64,000 nucleotides of DNA, taken from assembly GCA_045546815.1 (NCBI GenBank), contig JAZQDN010000054.1, positions 14,801 through 78,800 of the forward strand, in the 5' to 3' direction. Source of the stretch: Eubacteriales bacterium (GTDB lineage: Bacteria; Bacillota; Clostridia; Oscillospirales; QAKW01). Both the position numbers and the translations under genes were made by a program. Shown one piece after another: positions 8,873 through 17,042 of the stretch. The notes under the pieces are model-generated. The model had not been told where the DNA came from. It saw only the letters and a program-made list of their open reading frames with translations, and ran no database searches. Position 1 is the stretch's first letter. Every line of letters begins with the position of its first letter.

Positions 8873-8901
8873 ATTCTAATATAATTCAGCAAAAAAGTCA
8901 A
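8873..8901 (-). promoter_or_regulatory. Candidate sigma-A promoter of the T7SS operon
   Basis: Minus strand TTGACT (8901..8896), 17-nt spacer, TAGAAT (8878..8873), about 120 nt upstream of the essC ATG. Confidence 0.45.
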
Positions 8902-8965
8902 TGATTAATGCTCAAATAGTAAAAACAGATAGAAAGCCGCCTTGTATTGACCTACACTAAAATGC

Positions 8966-8994
8966 TTTACATTTTATGGTTTTTCTGATATATT
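8966..8994 (+). promoter_or_regulatory. Candidate sigma-A promoter of the divergent 9015 gene
   Basis: TTTACA (8966..8971), 17 nt, TATATT (8989..8994). RBS AAGGGGGG and ATG 9015 follow. Confidence 0.45.
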
Positions 8995-9014
8995 TTAATG
9001 CAAGGGGGGTTTTT

Positions 9015-10478
9015 ATGAAAAGAACAGTAAGTTTTTTGACTTTTATTTTATTGTTATTGTCGATGAGTATTTCGACTTTTGCAGCAACCAATGTATATGA
9101 TGTTACGGATTTAGGACTGACGGTTGATGTTCCGGCAAGTTATTCGGTAATTACGCGTGATACTCCTGCCGATGACCCTATTTTCAGTGATTATGGAGTT
9201 ACAAAGGATGTAGTTGACAGCAAGCTCGAAAATGATAATATTTATCTTAATGCTTTATCCAAAACAAGCAATGATGAGGTTGTTGTTACGATGACAAAAG
9301 GAAGTCTTGCCGACTTTGTTTTGTTAAGTGATTCAGCGTTATTAGCGCTTGCATCGGGATTGCCCGGTGAGAGCGCAAAGTATGGTATTAATATTTCAAA
9401 ATATGATATATATCAGCACCCGCAAACAAGGTTTATCCGATACTATTTCTGGGATACGGTTAATTCGGTTTATGGGGTACAGTACTATACAATATACGGC
9501 GGCAAGGCAATGAATTTTACAATGCGGTCTTATAATGACGAGGTTTCTCCTGAACAGGAAGAGACTATAAAAAGCATAGTAGACAGTATTGAATACTACT
9601 CTGCACCGCCTGTGATTGAACCGGACGTGAGCGCTGATTCATTTGTTTATACTGATCCTGATAGTGGAGCGATGTTTACAGTTCCTGAAGACTGGACGCA
9701 AAAAGATTTTACAGAATCCAGAGAGCTTCTTGATGCCAAGTTTGTAAACACCAAAGAGGCGGGCAGCATAATTCTTTTCAGCAGCGAAGATTTGTGGGAG
9801 AAGATCCCTGATTATAATAAAATCGGTTTTGACCGTTCTGATCTTGACAGTTCTGTCTATACAAGTGCTGAAATTGCAGAAATGTATGGCTTAGCTGAAG
9901 ATGATATTACATCGGTTACACATAACGGTGTCAAATACTTTAAAGCCGAATTCAGCGCAGAGAACAATGCTTACGGAGCAGATATATCAATGACAATGAC
10001 CTGCTTTACATGCATTGAAAATGGGTGGCTATATGCGTATCAGTTTGGCGGCACGAGCGAAAGTACGCTTTACCCTGACTTTATCAGCCTGATTAACAGC
10101 GCAAAATATTCCGTTGACACATATGAAGATTTTGATTATGAAAGCGACATTGATACAGAATTTGATTGGGATTATGAATCAGACTATGAATCAGACTATG
10201 AATCAAATAATAATAAGACAGTACGAGGTGTAGTATTGGGCATAATAATTGCGTCAGTACTGATAGTGCTTGTAATTGTTATTGTGGTTGTTGTGATTGT
10301 AGTTTTAGCATCCCGTAAAAAGAAATCATCGGCTGTTAAGGCATCTGCCGACCGTTCGACAGTATCTTCGGCGACCGGTAATCCGAATGCTGTTATCTAT
10401 TGTACTAATTGCGGTCAGGCGTTGCCTGCGGGCAGTAAGTTCTGCCATGTATGCGGGGTAAAGCTCGATAAAGAATAA
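9015..10478 (+). CDS. Secreted/single-pass membrane protein with acidic DYES repeats and C-terminal cytoplasmic zinc-ribbon
   Basis: ATG 9015 preferred over ORF-track start 8976 (strong RBS). Signal peptide LLLLSMSISTFA-AT. Acidic tract DYESDIDTEFDWDYESDYESDYES. TM helix GVVLGIIIASVLIVLVIVIVVVVIVVLA. Tail has CTNCGQALPAGSKFCHVCG (CxxC-N10-CxxC). Confidence 0.6.
   Translation: MKRTVSFLTFILLLLSMSISTFAATNVYDVTDLGLTVDVPASYSVITRDTPADDPIFSDYGVTKDVVDSKLENDNIYLNALSKTSNDEVVVTMTKGSLADFVLLSDSALLALASGLPGESAKYGINISKYDIYQHPQTRFIRYYFWDTVNSVYGVQYYTIYGGKAMNFTMRSYNDEVSPEQEETIKSIVDSIEYYSAPPVIEPDVSADSFVYTDPDSGAMFTVPEDWTQKDFTESRELLDAKFVNTKEAGSIILFSSEDLWEKIPDYNKIGFDRSDLDSSVYTSAEIAEMYGLAEDDITSVTHNGVKYFKAEFSAENNAYGADISMTMTCFTCIENGWLYAYQFGGTSESTLYPDFISLINSAKYSVDTYEDFDYESDIDTEFDWDYESDYESDYESNNNKTVRGVVLGIIIASVLIVLVIVIVVVVIVVLASRKKKSSAVKASADRSTVSSATGNPNAVIYCTNCGQALPAGSKFCHVCGVKLDKE
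10170..10205 (+). repeat. 12-nt tandem repeat x3 inside the 9015 gene
   Basis: gattatgaatca / gactatgaatca / gactatgaatca, in frame, encoding DYES x3. Confidence 0.9.
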
Positions 10479-10535
10479 TAAAACGGCAAAGAGGAAAGCT
10501 GAAGTGATGGTAGATACAAAAAAGGAGAGATTTTT

Positions 10536-11348
10536 ATGAAACGCGCAGCTGATTTTCGCGAGAGCGCACGCGAAGCGTTGCGGGGCAACTGGGTGATAGC
10601 TGTCCTGACCGGCTTTGTGGCGTCCTTACTTGGTGCAACTACTTCTATAAGCGCCGGCGGCAATTTTTCTTTCGATGGCGACTTGTCGGAAGATTCTGCA
10701 AATACTGTAGTGAGCGATGAGACGGTAGAGACCCTTACGGTGATTCTGCCCATTCTCTTTATAATTCTTATTGTTTTACTGCTCTGGGGGCTGGTCACAG
10801 CCGTCATAAGCGGTGCGTGCAAGCTGGGATATGCAAAGTTCAATCTGAATCTTATAGACGGACACCCCGCTGCATTTTCGGATTTGTTTTCTCAATTTGA
10901 CCGTTTTGCTTCGGGATTTTGTATGAATCTCCTTATAGGGATTTATGTTGCTCTGTGGTCGATGCTGTTTATAATTCCGGGGATTGTAAAAGCGTATAGC
11001 TATGCTATGACACCGTACATATTGGCAGAGCATCCCGAAATGTCAGCAAACGAGGCAATTACCGAGTCAAAGCGCATTATGCAGGGAAACAAATGGCGTC
11101 TTGTATGCCTTGAATTCAGCTTTATCGGCTGGTCGCTTTTGGGCTTGGCGGCGGCAATTGTTGTGATACCGCTTATTTTTATGGGACCGTTTGGCGTTTT
11201 GATATGGGCGGCGGTATCGATTCTGTTCGCTCTTGCCGTAAGCTTGTTTTTGTGTCCGTATCAAGAGGCGGCGCGCGCGGCTTTTTACCGCGATGTTTCG
11301 CGATATGAACAACCGTCCTATACCCAATCGTCTTACGTTAATTATTAA
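10536..11348 (+). CDS. DUF975-family integral membrane protein
   Basis: 270 aa. The opening FRESAREALRGNW is typical of DUF975 proteins. Multiple hydrophobic helices. Confidence 0.6.
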   Translation: MKRAADFRESAREALRGNWVIAVLTGFVASLLGATTSISAGGNFSFDGDLSEDSANTVVSDETVETLTVILPILFIILIVLLLWGLVTAVISGACKLGYAKFNLNLIDGHPAAFSDLFSQFDRFASGFCMNLLIGIYVALWSMLFIIPGIVKAYSYAMTPYILAEHPEMSANEAITESKRIMQGNKWRLVCLEFSFIGWSLLGLAAAIVVIPLIFMGPFGVLIWAAVSILFALAVSLFLCPYQEAARAAFYRDVSRYEQPSYTQSSYVNY

Positions 11349-11369
11349 AAAGATAGTATAACAAGATAA

Positions 11370-11406
11370 AAAACACCCATGGTTTTTTTAACTGCGGGTG
11401 TTTTTT
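11370..11406 (+). terminator. Weak hairpin plus T-run after the DUF975 gene
   Basis: aaaacaccc (11370..11378) pairs with gggtgtttt (11396..11404). The loop is long (17 nt) and a T-run follows. Confidence 0.4.
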
Positions 11407-11435
11407 AATATTCTCTTTAGTTGCCCGTCAAGTTG

Positions 11436-11444
11436 TGCTATAAT
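11436..11444 (+). promoter_or_regulatory. Extended -10 promoter element (TGcTATAAT) with no downstream ORF
   Basis: tgctataat at 11436..11444. The -35 region is only weak (TTTAGT at 17-nt spacing). Confidence 0.35.
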
Positions 11445-11450
11445 ACATCT

Positions 11451-11574
11451 AACCGATAAACTATAATTTATCGAACAGATGATATTCGTGCTTGTTACGG
11501 TATAAAACAAAAAGCCTCTCTTGCAAAGGGAGGTAGCAAAAATTCAGCCCCCTTTACACAAGGGGGCCTTTTTT
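11451..11574 (+). ncRNA. Candidate orphan small RNA (about 125 nt), family not recognised
   Basis: Bounded by the extended -10 element and a strong intrinsic terminator. Internal hairpins cgataaa/tttatcg (11454..11473) and cctctc/gggagg. Longest plus-strand ORF here is about 8 codons. Confidence 0.25.
11547..11574. terminator. GC-rich intrinsic terminator (usable on both strands)
   Basis: gccccct (11547..11553), 7-nt loop, agggggc (11561..11567), then c + T6 on the plus strand. On the minus strand it overlaps the last codons and stop of the 11554..12117 gene. Confidence 0.7.
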
Positions 11575-12117
11575 CATACGTTTTAACAGCATCTTCAGCT
11601 TTGGAGTGTTGTAGCGAAGGGCGAGGGTAGGCAGTATATTCAAAAAAAGATTGACAACCGCAACGGGAAGCGCAACGCTGACCGCGCACACGCCCGGTAA
11701 CAGTAGCATCGGCAAAAACCCTATCGGGTAGCAAAGCCGATGAGTGAGCACGCCTTTGTTGCACTCAATGATGAATTTTTCTATGTACTCGGGGCTGTCG
11801 GGGCTTAAAAGATTCTTTTTGCTGAAGCCGCCAAGTCCGCCAAGCTCCCATATCTTGTCCTTCCAGCGCCTTACCTTTATTTTTTTATAAACCTTCTTTT
11901 CCGCCTCGGACACATTGTAGAGCGGGTTGTCAACACCGAAAAGACTGTCGGGCATTTTGTTTATTATGATTGCTATAAGACCGTCAAGGGCAAACTGTGC
12001 CGCGGTGCACAAAATAACGGCAATAATCACGTTATACCAGGATGCCGTGCAGAAAATAATATTGAATACTGATATTATAAGCATCGCTGTGCCGATTACC
12101 CAAAGATATAGTTTCAT
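11554..12117 (-). CDS. CrtO-like small membrane acyltransferase (glycosyl-4,4'-diaponeurosporenoate acyltransferase family)
   Basis: 187 aa. Pattern VRRWKDKIWE...ECNKGVLTHR...LRYNTPKL resembles remembered S. aureus CrtO (RKWKHKILD...ETKRAELIHW...QRYNRPRL). Overlaps the upstream gene by 4 nt. Confidence 0.45.
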   Translation of the reverse strand: MKLYLWVIGTAMLIISVFNIIFCTASWYNVIIAVILCTAAQFALDGLIAIIINKMPDSLFGVDNPLYNVSEAEKKVYKKIKVRRWKDKIWELGGLGGFSKKNLLSPDSPEYIEKFIIECNKGVLTHRLCYPIGFLPMLLLPGVCAVSVALPVAVVNLFLNILPTLALRYNTPKLKMLLKRMKKGPLV

Positions 12118-12845
12118 GACTTACCGTACTCCAAAGGTGTATTGTAAACCTGCTCGTAGACCTTGACCCATGCGTTGTAGTTTTTGTTTTTTATATCCTG
12201 CTTTGCCTTTGGATAAGAAAGGGTTTTGTCGGGGTATATCGCGGGCAGTATATGCAGGGTGTATTCCTGCACAAAAAAGCCGTCGGCATCAATGACGTCA
12301 CTATCCTGCATAGTAATGAATATCGGCACAACAGGGACGTTATTGCGCACGGCGAGTGAAAACGCGCCGTCCTGCATAGGCCGCGGCTTGCGGTAGTTCC
12401 ACCACATACCCTGCTCGGGGTATATAAGTATTGTTTCGCCGCGCTCAAGCAGCGTTGCAAACGCCCTCATAAACTTAACCATTGTCGACTTCTGGCTCGA
12501 CAGCGGCAGCGTATTGCAATGGCGCATAAAAAGCCCGAACGGCTTTGGCGGGTTTGTGTAGTTGCCCTCACGGATCACCTTGTACAGCATTTTGCCGTCC
12601 ATATAATCGCGCAGTGCCACCCATACGGCATAGTTGTCACCGACGCTGAAGTGGTTGCAGGTGACAATCCTGCCGCCGCTCACCGCTGTGAAATTTTCAA
12701 TGCCGCGCACCTCTTTTATGATGAGCTGTCTTTCGGCAATCATTTTGTCAAAAAAACGCGAGCCGAGGACGTTGGCGATTTTGTTTTTTATTTTGTTTGA
12801 AAGCTTTTCGTTAAGATAGTCGATGTTTTTGTCAACGAATGGCAA
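12114..12845 (-). CDS. Lysophospholipid (1-acylglycerol-3-phosphate-type) acyltransferase family protein
   Basis: 243 aa. HX4D acyltransferase motif (CNHFSVGD). PlsC-like length and layout. Confidence 0.65.
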   Translation of the reverse strand: MPFVDKNIDYLNEKLSNKIKNKIANVLGSRFFDKMIAERQLIIKEVRGIENFTAVSGGRIVTCNHFSVGDNYAVWVALRDYMDGKMLYKVIREGNYTNPPKPFGLFMRHCNTLPLSSQKSTMVKFMRAFATLLERGETILIYPEQGMWWNYRKPRPMQDGAFSLAVRNNVPVVPIFITMQDSDVIDADGFFVQEYTLHILPAIYPDKTLSYPKAKQDIKNKNYNAWVKVYEQVYNTPLEYGKS

Positions 12846-12942
12846 CGCTCGTTTGATATTTGAAATATTTAAGCTTTATTAACATTACGGTGCTCGACAT
12901 TTTGAGCACTTTGTGTTATATTAAATTAAAGGCGGTGATAAC

Positions 12943-13641
12943 GTGAAAAAAATATTTTCACTAACGCTATGTTTAGCGTTGGCTTTGTGCCTTGCGGGCT
13001 GTTACGACGTGCCCGACGGGTATAAACGGACTCACCATACGTATCAATCGGTTTTGGCATATGCAAAAGCCATTGACCCTGACGCTACCGTTTTAAAAGA
13101 ATATACCGATATGACAGACGAGTGGCAACGCGTGTATCGGCAGTGGGATGCGGTAATAAACGGTGTTGATTGCCATATCTTAAGTGTATCAGCTTTGGTG
13201 TGGAATAAGGGCGTTGCGGCGGGTGAGTTTGCAAACGAATATTATCGGATCACTACCGACTATGACTGCGTTATATTAAAAACCATTCTCGACAAAAGCT
13301 ATCCCGATTGGAAGGTCAGAGATGACCTGATTGACAGAGCTGACGAGGACGCTGTATACGTTGAATTTGATCCGCTTGAATACAAAATGTTAAGTGATGG
13401 CGAGCTTGAACAGCTCTGGCAGACCGCTTGTAACATAAATGCCGAATATCAAAAACAGTCCGGCGGAAAATCCGCGGTATTCGGCGTGCCGTCACCGGGA
13501 AAATACTGGGACAACGATGATGAGTGGATTGTAAAACAAAAAACGTATCAGAACAGTATAACCGAGTTTACAGACGAGAATAAACAGACATTTTTCAAAA
13601 GATACTACGAAAGCTGGGCGCTTTTGCAGTCGGAAGCATAA
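12943..13641 (+). CDS. Putative lipoprotein
   Basis: 232 aa, GTG start. Signal peptide with lipobox LCLAGC-YD. Confidence 0.6.
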   Translation: MKKIFSLTLCLALALCLAGCYDVPDGYKRTHHTYQSVLAYAKAIDPDATVLKEYTDMTDEWQRVYRQWDAVINGVDCHILSVSALVWNKGVAAGEFANEYYRITTDYDCVILKTILDKSYPDWKVRDDLIDRADEDAVYVEFDPLEYKMLSDGELEQLWQTACNINAEYQKQSGGKSAVFGVPSPGKYWDNDDEWIVKQKTYQNSITEFTDENKQTFFKRYYESWALLQSEA

Positions 13642-13645
13642 AAAG

Positions 13646-13675
13646 CAGAGTGGACTTTCCACTCTGTTTTATTTT
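13646..13675 (+). terminator. Intrinsic terminator
   Basis: cagagtgga (13646..13654), 3-nt loop, tccactctg (13658..13666), then ttttattttt. Confidence 0.8.
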
Positions 13676-13685
13676 TATCTGCTAC

Positions 13686-13714
13686 TTGAAATATTGATAT
13701 ATTAATTATATAAT
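13686..13714 (+). promoter_or_regulatory. Candidate sigma-A promoter of the rhaA cluster
   Basis: TTGAAA (13686..13691), 17 nt, TATAAT (13709..13714), 75 nt upstream of the rhaA ATG. Confidence 0.6.
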
Positions 13715-13788
13715 ATTAAGTTAGATAAGAGTTTTTCTCTTTACTTTGTAATTATTTTAAAAAATATATTTCAGTTGGAGGCTATTTT

Positions 13789-15057
13789 ATGAACGAACAA
13801 AAATTATTTGACTATGCAAAATCGGCCTATGCGGCATACGGCGTTGACGTTGAGTCAGCTCTTGAAAAGCTCGCGTCTGTACCCGTTGCAATGCACTGCT
13901 GGCAGGGTGATGACGTGCGCGGCTTTGACACCGACCCGAACAAGCCCTTGACAGGCGGCATCCAGACCACAGGTAACTATCCCGGTCGTGCTCGCACACC
14001 TGAGGAGCTTATGGCAGACATCGATTTTGTGTTAAAGCTCATTCCCGGCATCAAGAAAATGAATCTCCACGCTTGCTACGCAATTTTTGATGACGAAAAC
14101 GGCGGCTGGGTCGATCGCGATAAGCTCGAGCCCAAGCACTTTAAGAAATGGGTAGATTTTTGTAAAGAGCGCGGCCTCGGCTGTGACTTTAACCCCACCT
14201 TCTTTTCACATCCCAAGTGCGACCCGCTCACACTTTCGAGCCCGAACGAAGAAACACGTAACTTCTGGATCGAGCACGGCAAGGCTTGTATCCGCATTTC
14301 AGAGTACCTTGCAAAAGAGCTTGGTCAGCCCTGCATTATGAACATCTGGACAGGCGACGGCTTTAAGGATATCCCCGCTGACCGTATGGGTCCGCGCGTT
14401 CGCTATAAAGAGTCGATCGATGCTATCCTTTCGGAAAAGTACGACTTTAATCTTGTAAAACCCTGCGTTGAGTCAAAGGTATTTGGCATCGGTGTTGAGG
14501 CGTATACAGTCGGCTCTGCAGAGTTTTCACTCTCTTATGCCGCTGCAAATATGGATAAATGCATTCCGCTTATGGATAACGGTCACTATCATCCGACAGA
14601 GGTTGTGTCGGACAAGATCCCCGCACTTCTTGCCTTCTTCCCCGAGGTTGCACTTCACATCACACGTCCTATACGTTGGGACTCAGACCACGTTGTGCTT
14701 CTTGACGACGAGACAAAAGAAATCTGCAAAGAGATCGTTCGTTGCGGCGGTCTTGACGGTCGCGTAAAAATCGCGCTCGACTACTTTGACGCTTCTATCA
14801 ACCGTATCTCTGCCTGGGCTGTAGGTATGCGTAACGTGCAAAAGGCACTTCTTATGGCGCTTCTCACGCCCGACCTTACCAAAATGCAAAACGACAACAA
14901 TTGGTCAGAGCTTATGGTTGTTCAGGAAGAGCTTAAAACATTGCCCTTCGGCGCTGTTTGGGGCGAGTACTGCCGCCGTCAAGGTGTTCCTGCAGACAAC
15001 GAGTGGTTTGCATCGGTTAAAGCTTATGAAAACGACGTTTTGGTTAAACGTGTATAG
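13789..15057 (+). CDS. rhaA: L-rhamnose isomerase
   Basis: 422 aa, collinear with remembered E. coli RhaA over its full length (VPVAMHCWQGDDVRGF, TGGIQTTGNYPG, RWDSDHVVLLDDET). Confidence 0.9.
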   Translation: MNEQKLFDYAKSAYAAYGVDVESALEKLASVPVAMHCWQGDDVRGFDTDPNKPLTGGIQTTGNYPGRARTPEELMADIDFVLKLIPGIKKMNLHACYAIFDDENGGWVDRDKLEPKHFKKWVDFCKERGLGCDFNPTFFSHPKCDPLTLSSPNEETRNFWIEHGKACIRISEYLAKELGQPCIMNIWTGDGFKDIPADRMGPRVRYKESIDAILSEKYDFNLVKPCVESKVFGIGVEAYTVGSAEFSLSYAAANMDKCIPLMDNGHYHPTEVVSDKIPALLAFFPEVALHITRPIRWDSDHVVLLDDETKEICKEIVRCGGLDGRVKIALDYFDASINRISAWAVGMRNVQKALLMALLTPDLTKMQNDNNWSELMVVQEELKTLPFGAVWGEYCRRQGVPADNEWFASVKAYENDVLVKRV

Positions 15058-15068
15058 GAGATAGAATT

Positions 15069-16142
15069 ATGTTTTTTAAAGAAAATGAAAAGCTTTTAAA
15101 TGATTTTTCACGTATTTCAAAAACCGCAGGCGCACGCGCTGACTATGTTCAGGGCGGCGGCGGTAACACGTCAGTAAAACTCGCAGGCGGTCTTATGGCT
15201 ATCAAGGCATCGGGCTTTTGCCTGTCCGATATCGAGCCGGACAAGGCATATGCCGTGCTTGACGGCGCAGGCGTCAGAGATTTTTATTTAACTCATGAGC
15301 CGAGCGATTTTGAAAACGTTGAAACAGCGGGCTCTGCAAAGGCAAAGGAGTCTGTAAAGACAATCGAGGGTCTTGCGCAGCTTCGCCCGTCGGTTGAGGC
15401 AGGCTTTCACTCAATACTCAAAACCTTTGTTGTACATACCCACAGCGTTTATGCAAACCTCGCAGCGTGCGCAGTAAACTGCCGCGAGATCTGTCAAAAG
15501 GCGTTTGCAGATGCTGACTATTCGTGGGGTATGGTGCCCTATGTTGACCCCGGCGCAAACCTCACCTTTGCTATAAGAAACGAGCTTGACCGCGTTGAAA
15601 AAGAAACGGGTAAGGTTCCTTCAATTATAATTATGCAAAACCACGGTATCATCGCACACGATGATGACCCTGACAAATGTCTTGCGCTTCACGCTGACGC
15701 AAATGAGCGTCTGGCAAAGCAGTTCGGTATCACAGCTGATTCTTTCCCCGCAGTTGAGATAAAAGAGGTGGAGAGCGGTCTTTACGAGGCGGCAACACCC
15801 TATCTTACAGATGCGCTTAAGAGCGGCAAGTACACCGAGCAGTTTTTGCTTGAGCAGCCGCTCTATCCCGACCAGATGGTATTTTTGATCGGCACATTCT
15901 CAATGGATAAGGACACCGTAGAGGACGGACAGTGCGTTGCATACAGCGATAGCGGCAGAGTTGCTTTGAGAATGGACGGCAAAAAAGCGCAGGTGCTTGT
16001 TGAAACACTCACAGCCGTTGTATTTGTTATAAACAATATCGAGGCGGCAGGACATCCGCTTTCAACCATGGGCGAGGCCGCAAAGAGCTTTATTGCCAAC
16101 TGGGAGAGCGAAAAATACCGTAAATCACTTGCAGGTAAATAA
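15069..16142 (+). CDS. Class II aldolase/adducin-domain protein resembling the aldolase half of bifunctional RhaEW (YuxG-type)
   Basis: 357 aa. GGGGNTSVK motif as in YuxG-type N-termini. Metal-site His residues VVHTHS and MQNHGII. Confidence 0.6.
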   Translation: MFFKENEKLLNDFSRISKTAGARADYVQGGGGNTSVKLAGGLMAIKASGFCLSDIEPDKAYAVLDGAGVRDFYLTHEPSDFENVETAGSAKAKESVKTIEGLAQLRPSVEAGFHSILKTFVVHTHSVYANLAACAVNCREICQKAFADADYSWGMVPYVDPGANLTFAIRNELDRVEKETGKVPSIIIMQNHGIIAHDDDPDKCLALHADANERLAKQFGITADSFPAVEIKEVESGLYEAATPYLTDALKSGKYTEQFLLEQPLYPDQMVFLIGTFSMDKDTVEDGQCVAYSDSGRVALRMDGKKAQVLVETLTAVVFVINNIEAAGHPLSTMGEAAKSFIANWESEKYRKSLAGK

Positions 16143-16154
16143 GGAGATAAGCTA

Positions 16155-17033
16155 ATGGGTGTAGATATGACAAAATGGCAGGAGATTGCCAAGAAAAACA
16201 TACATAACCGTCCGCAAGGACAGGGTCGCCTTGCAGGCAAGGTTACAATCGTAACGGGTGCGGCGCAGGGATTTGGTAAGGGCATTGCGCAGGAGCTTTA
16301 CGACGAGGGCGCAACAATAATCATTGCCGATATGAACGAGGAGCTTGCAAATACCGTTGCCGATGAAATGGGTGAGCGTGCGTGCGCGATTGCCGTAAAC
16401 GTTGCTGACGAGGACAGCGTTGCATCACTTGTTTCACAGACTGTTGAAAAGTTCGGCGGTCTCGATATTATGGTAGCAAACGCCGGCGTTGTGCGCTCGG
16501 GTCCCGTTGCAGATTTTGAGAAAAAAGATTTTGAGTTTGTAACCGCAATCAATTATACAGGTCTTTTCCTTTGCTGTAAGTATGCCGCGATCATTATGCA
16601 GGCACAGCACGAGGCTGACCCCGATGCATCGTTTGACATTATTGCAATGTCGAGCAAGTCCGGTCTTGAGGGTTCAAATAAAAACTTTGCATACGCAGGC
16701 AGTAAGTTTGGCGCGATCGGTCTTGTACAGAGCTTTGCTCTCGAGCTTTGCGCTTATAACATAAAGGTGAACGCAGTCTGCCCCGGCAACTACCTTGATG
16801 GTCCGCTGTGGTCTGACCCCGTTCGCGGTCTTTTTGTACAGTATCTGCAGGCGGGCAAGGTGCCCGGCGCAAAAACTGTTGAGGATGTTCGCCGTTTTTA
16901 TGAGGCAAAGGTGCCGATGAACCGCGGCTGCCTTCCTATCGACGTTGCACGCGCTGTTATGTACTGCGTTGAGCAAAAGTATGAGACAGGACAGGCAATC
17001 CCCGTCACAGGCGGACAAGTAATGTTAAATTAA
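16155..17033 (+). CDS. Short-chain dehydrogenase/reductase, sorbitol-6-phosphate dehydrogenase (SrlD)-like; resembles the SDR half of RhaEW
   Basis: 292 aa with its own RBS (AAGGAGA). TGAAQGFG dinucleotide motif; YAGSK catalytic Y-x-x-x-K. The C-terminus KVPMNRGC...TGQAIPVTGGQVMLN closely parallels remembered SrlD. Confidence 0.65.
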   Translation: MGVDMTKWQEIAKKNIHNRPQGQGRLAGKVTIVTGAAQGFGKGIAQELYDEGATIIIADMNEELANTVADEMGERACAIAVNVADEDSVASLVSQTVEKFGGLDIMVANAGVVRSGPVADFEKKDFEFVTAINYTGLFLCCKYAAIIMQAQHEADPDASFDIIAMSSKSGLEGSNKNFAYAGSKFGAIGLVQSFALELCAYNIKVNAVCPGNYLDGPLWSDPVRGLFVQYLQAGKVPGAKTVEDVRRFYEAKVPMNRGCLPIDVARAVMYCVEQKYETGQAIPVTGGQVMLN

Positions 17034-17042
17034 GGTGGCATT

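Noticed and set aside
10170-10205. Short tandem repeat as a possible CRISPR or other non-coding array.
   Set aside because: There are only three 12-nt units with no spacers. They are in frame inside a well-supported ORF and encode DYES repeats.
15069-17033. Whether the aldolase-domain gene and the SDR gene are a frameshifted pseudogene of a fused RhaEW/YuxG-type gene.
   Set aside because: The first ORF ends at a clean TAA (16140..16142). It is followed by a consensus RBS (AAGGAGA) and an ATG at 16155. The SDR also has its own ~35-aa N-terminal extension. This looks like a genuine two-gene arrangement, not decay.
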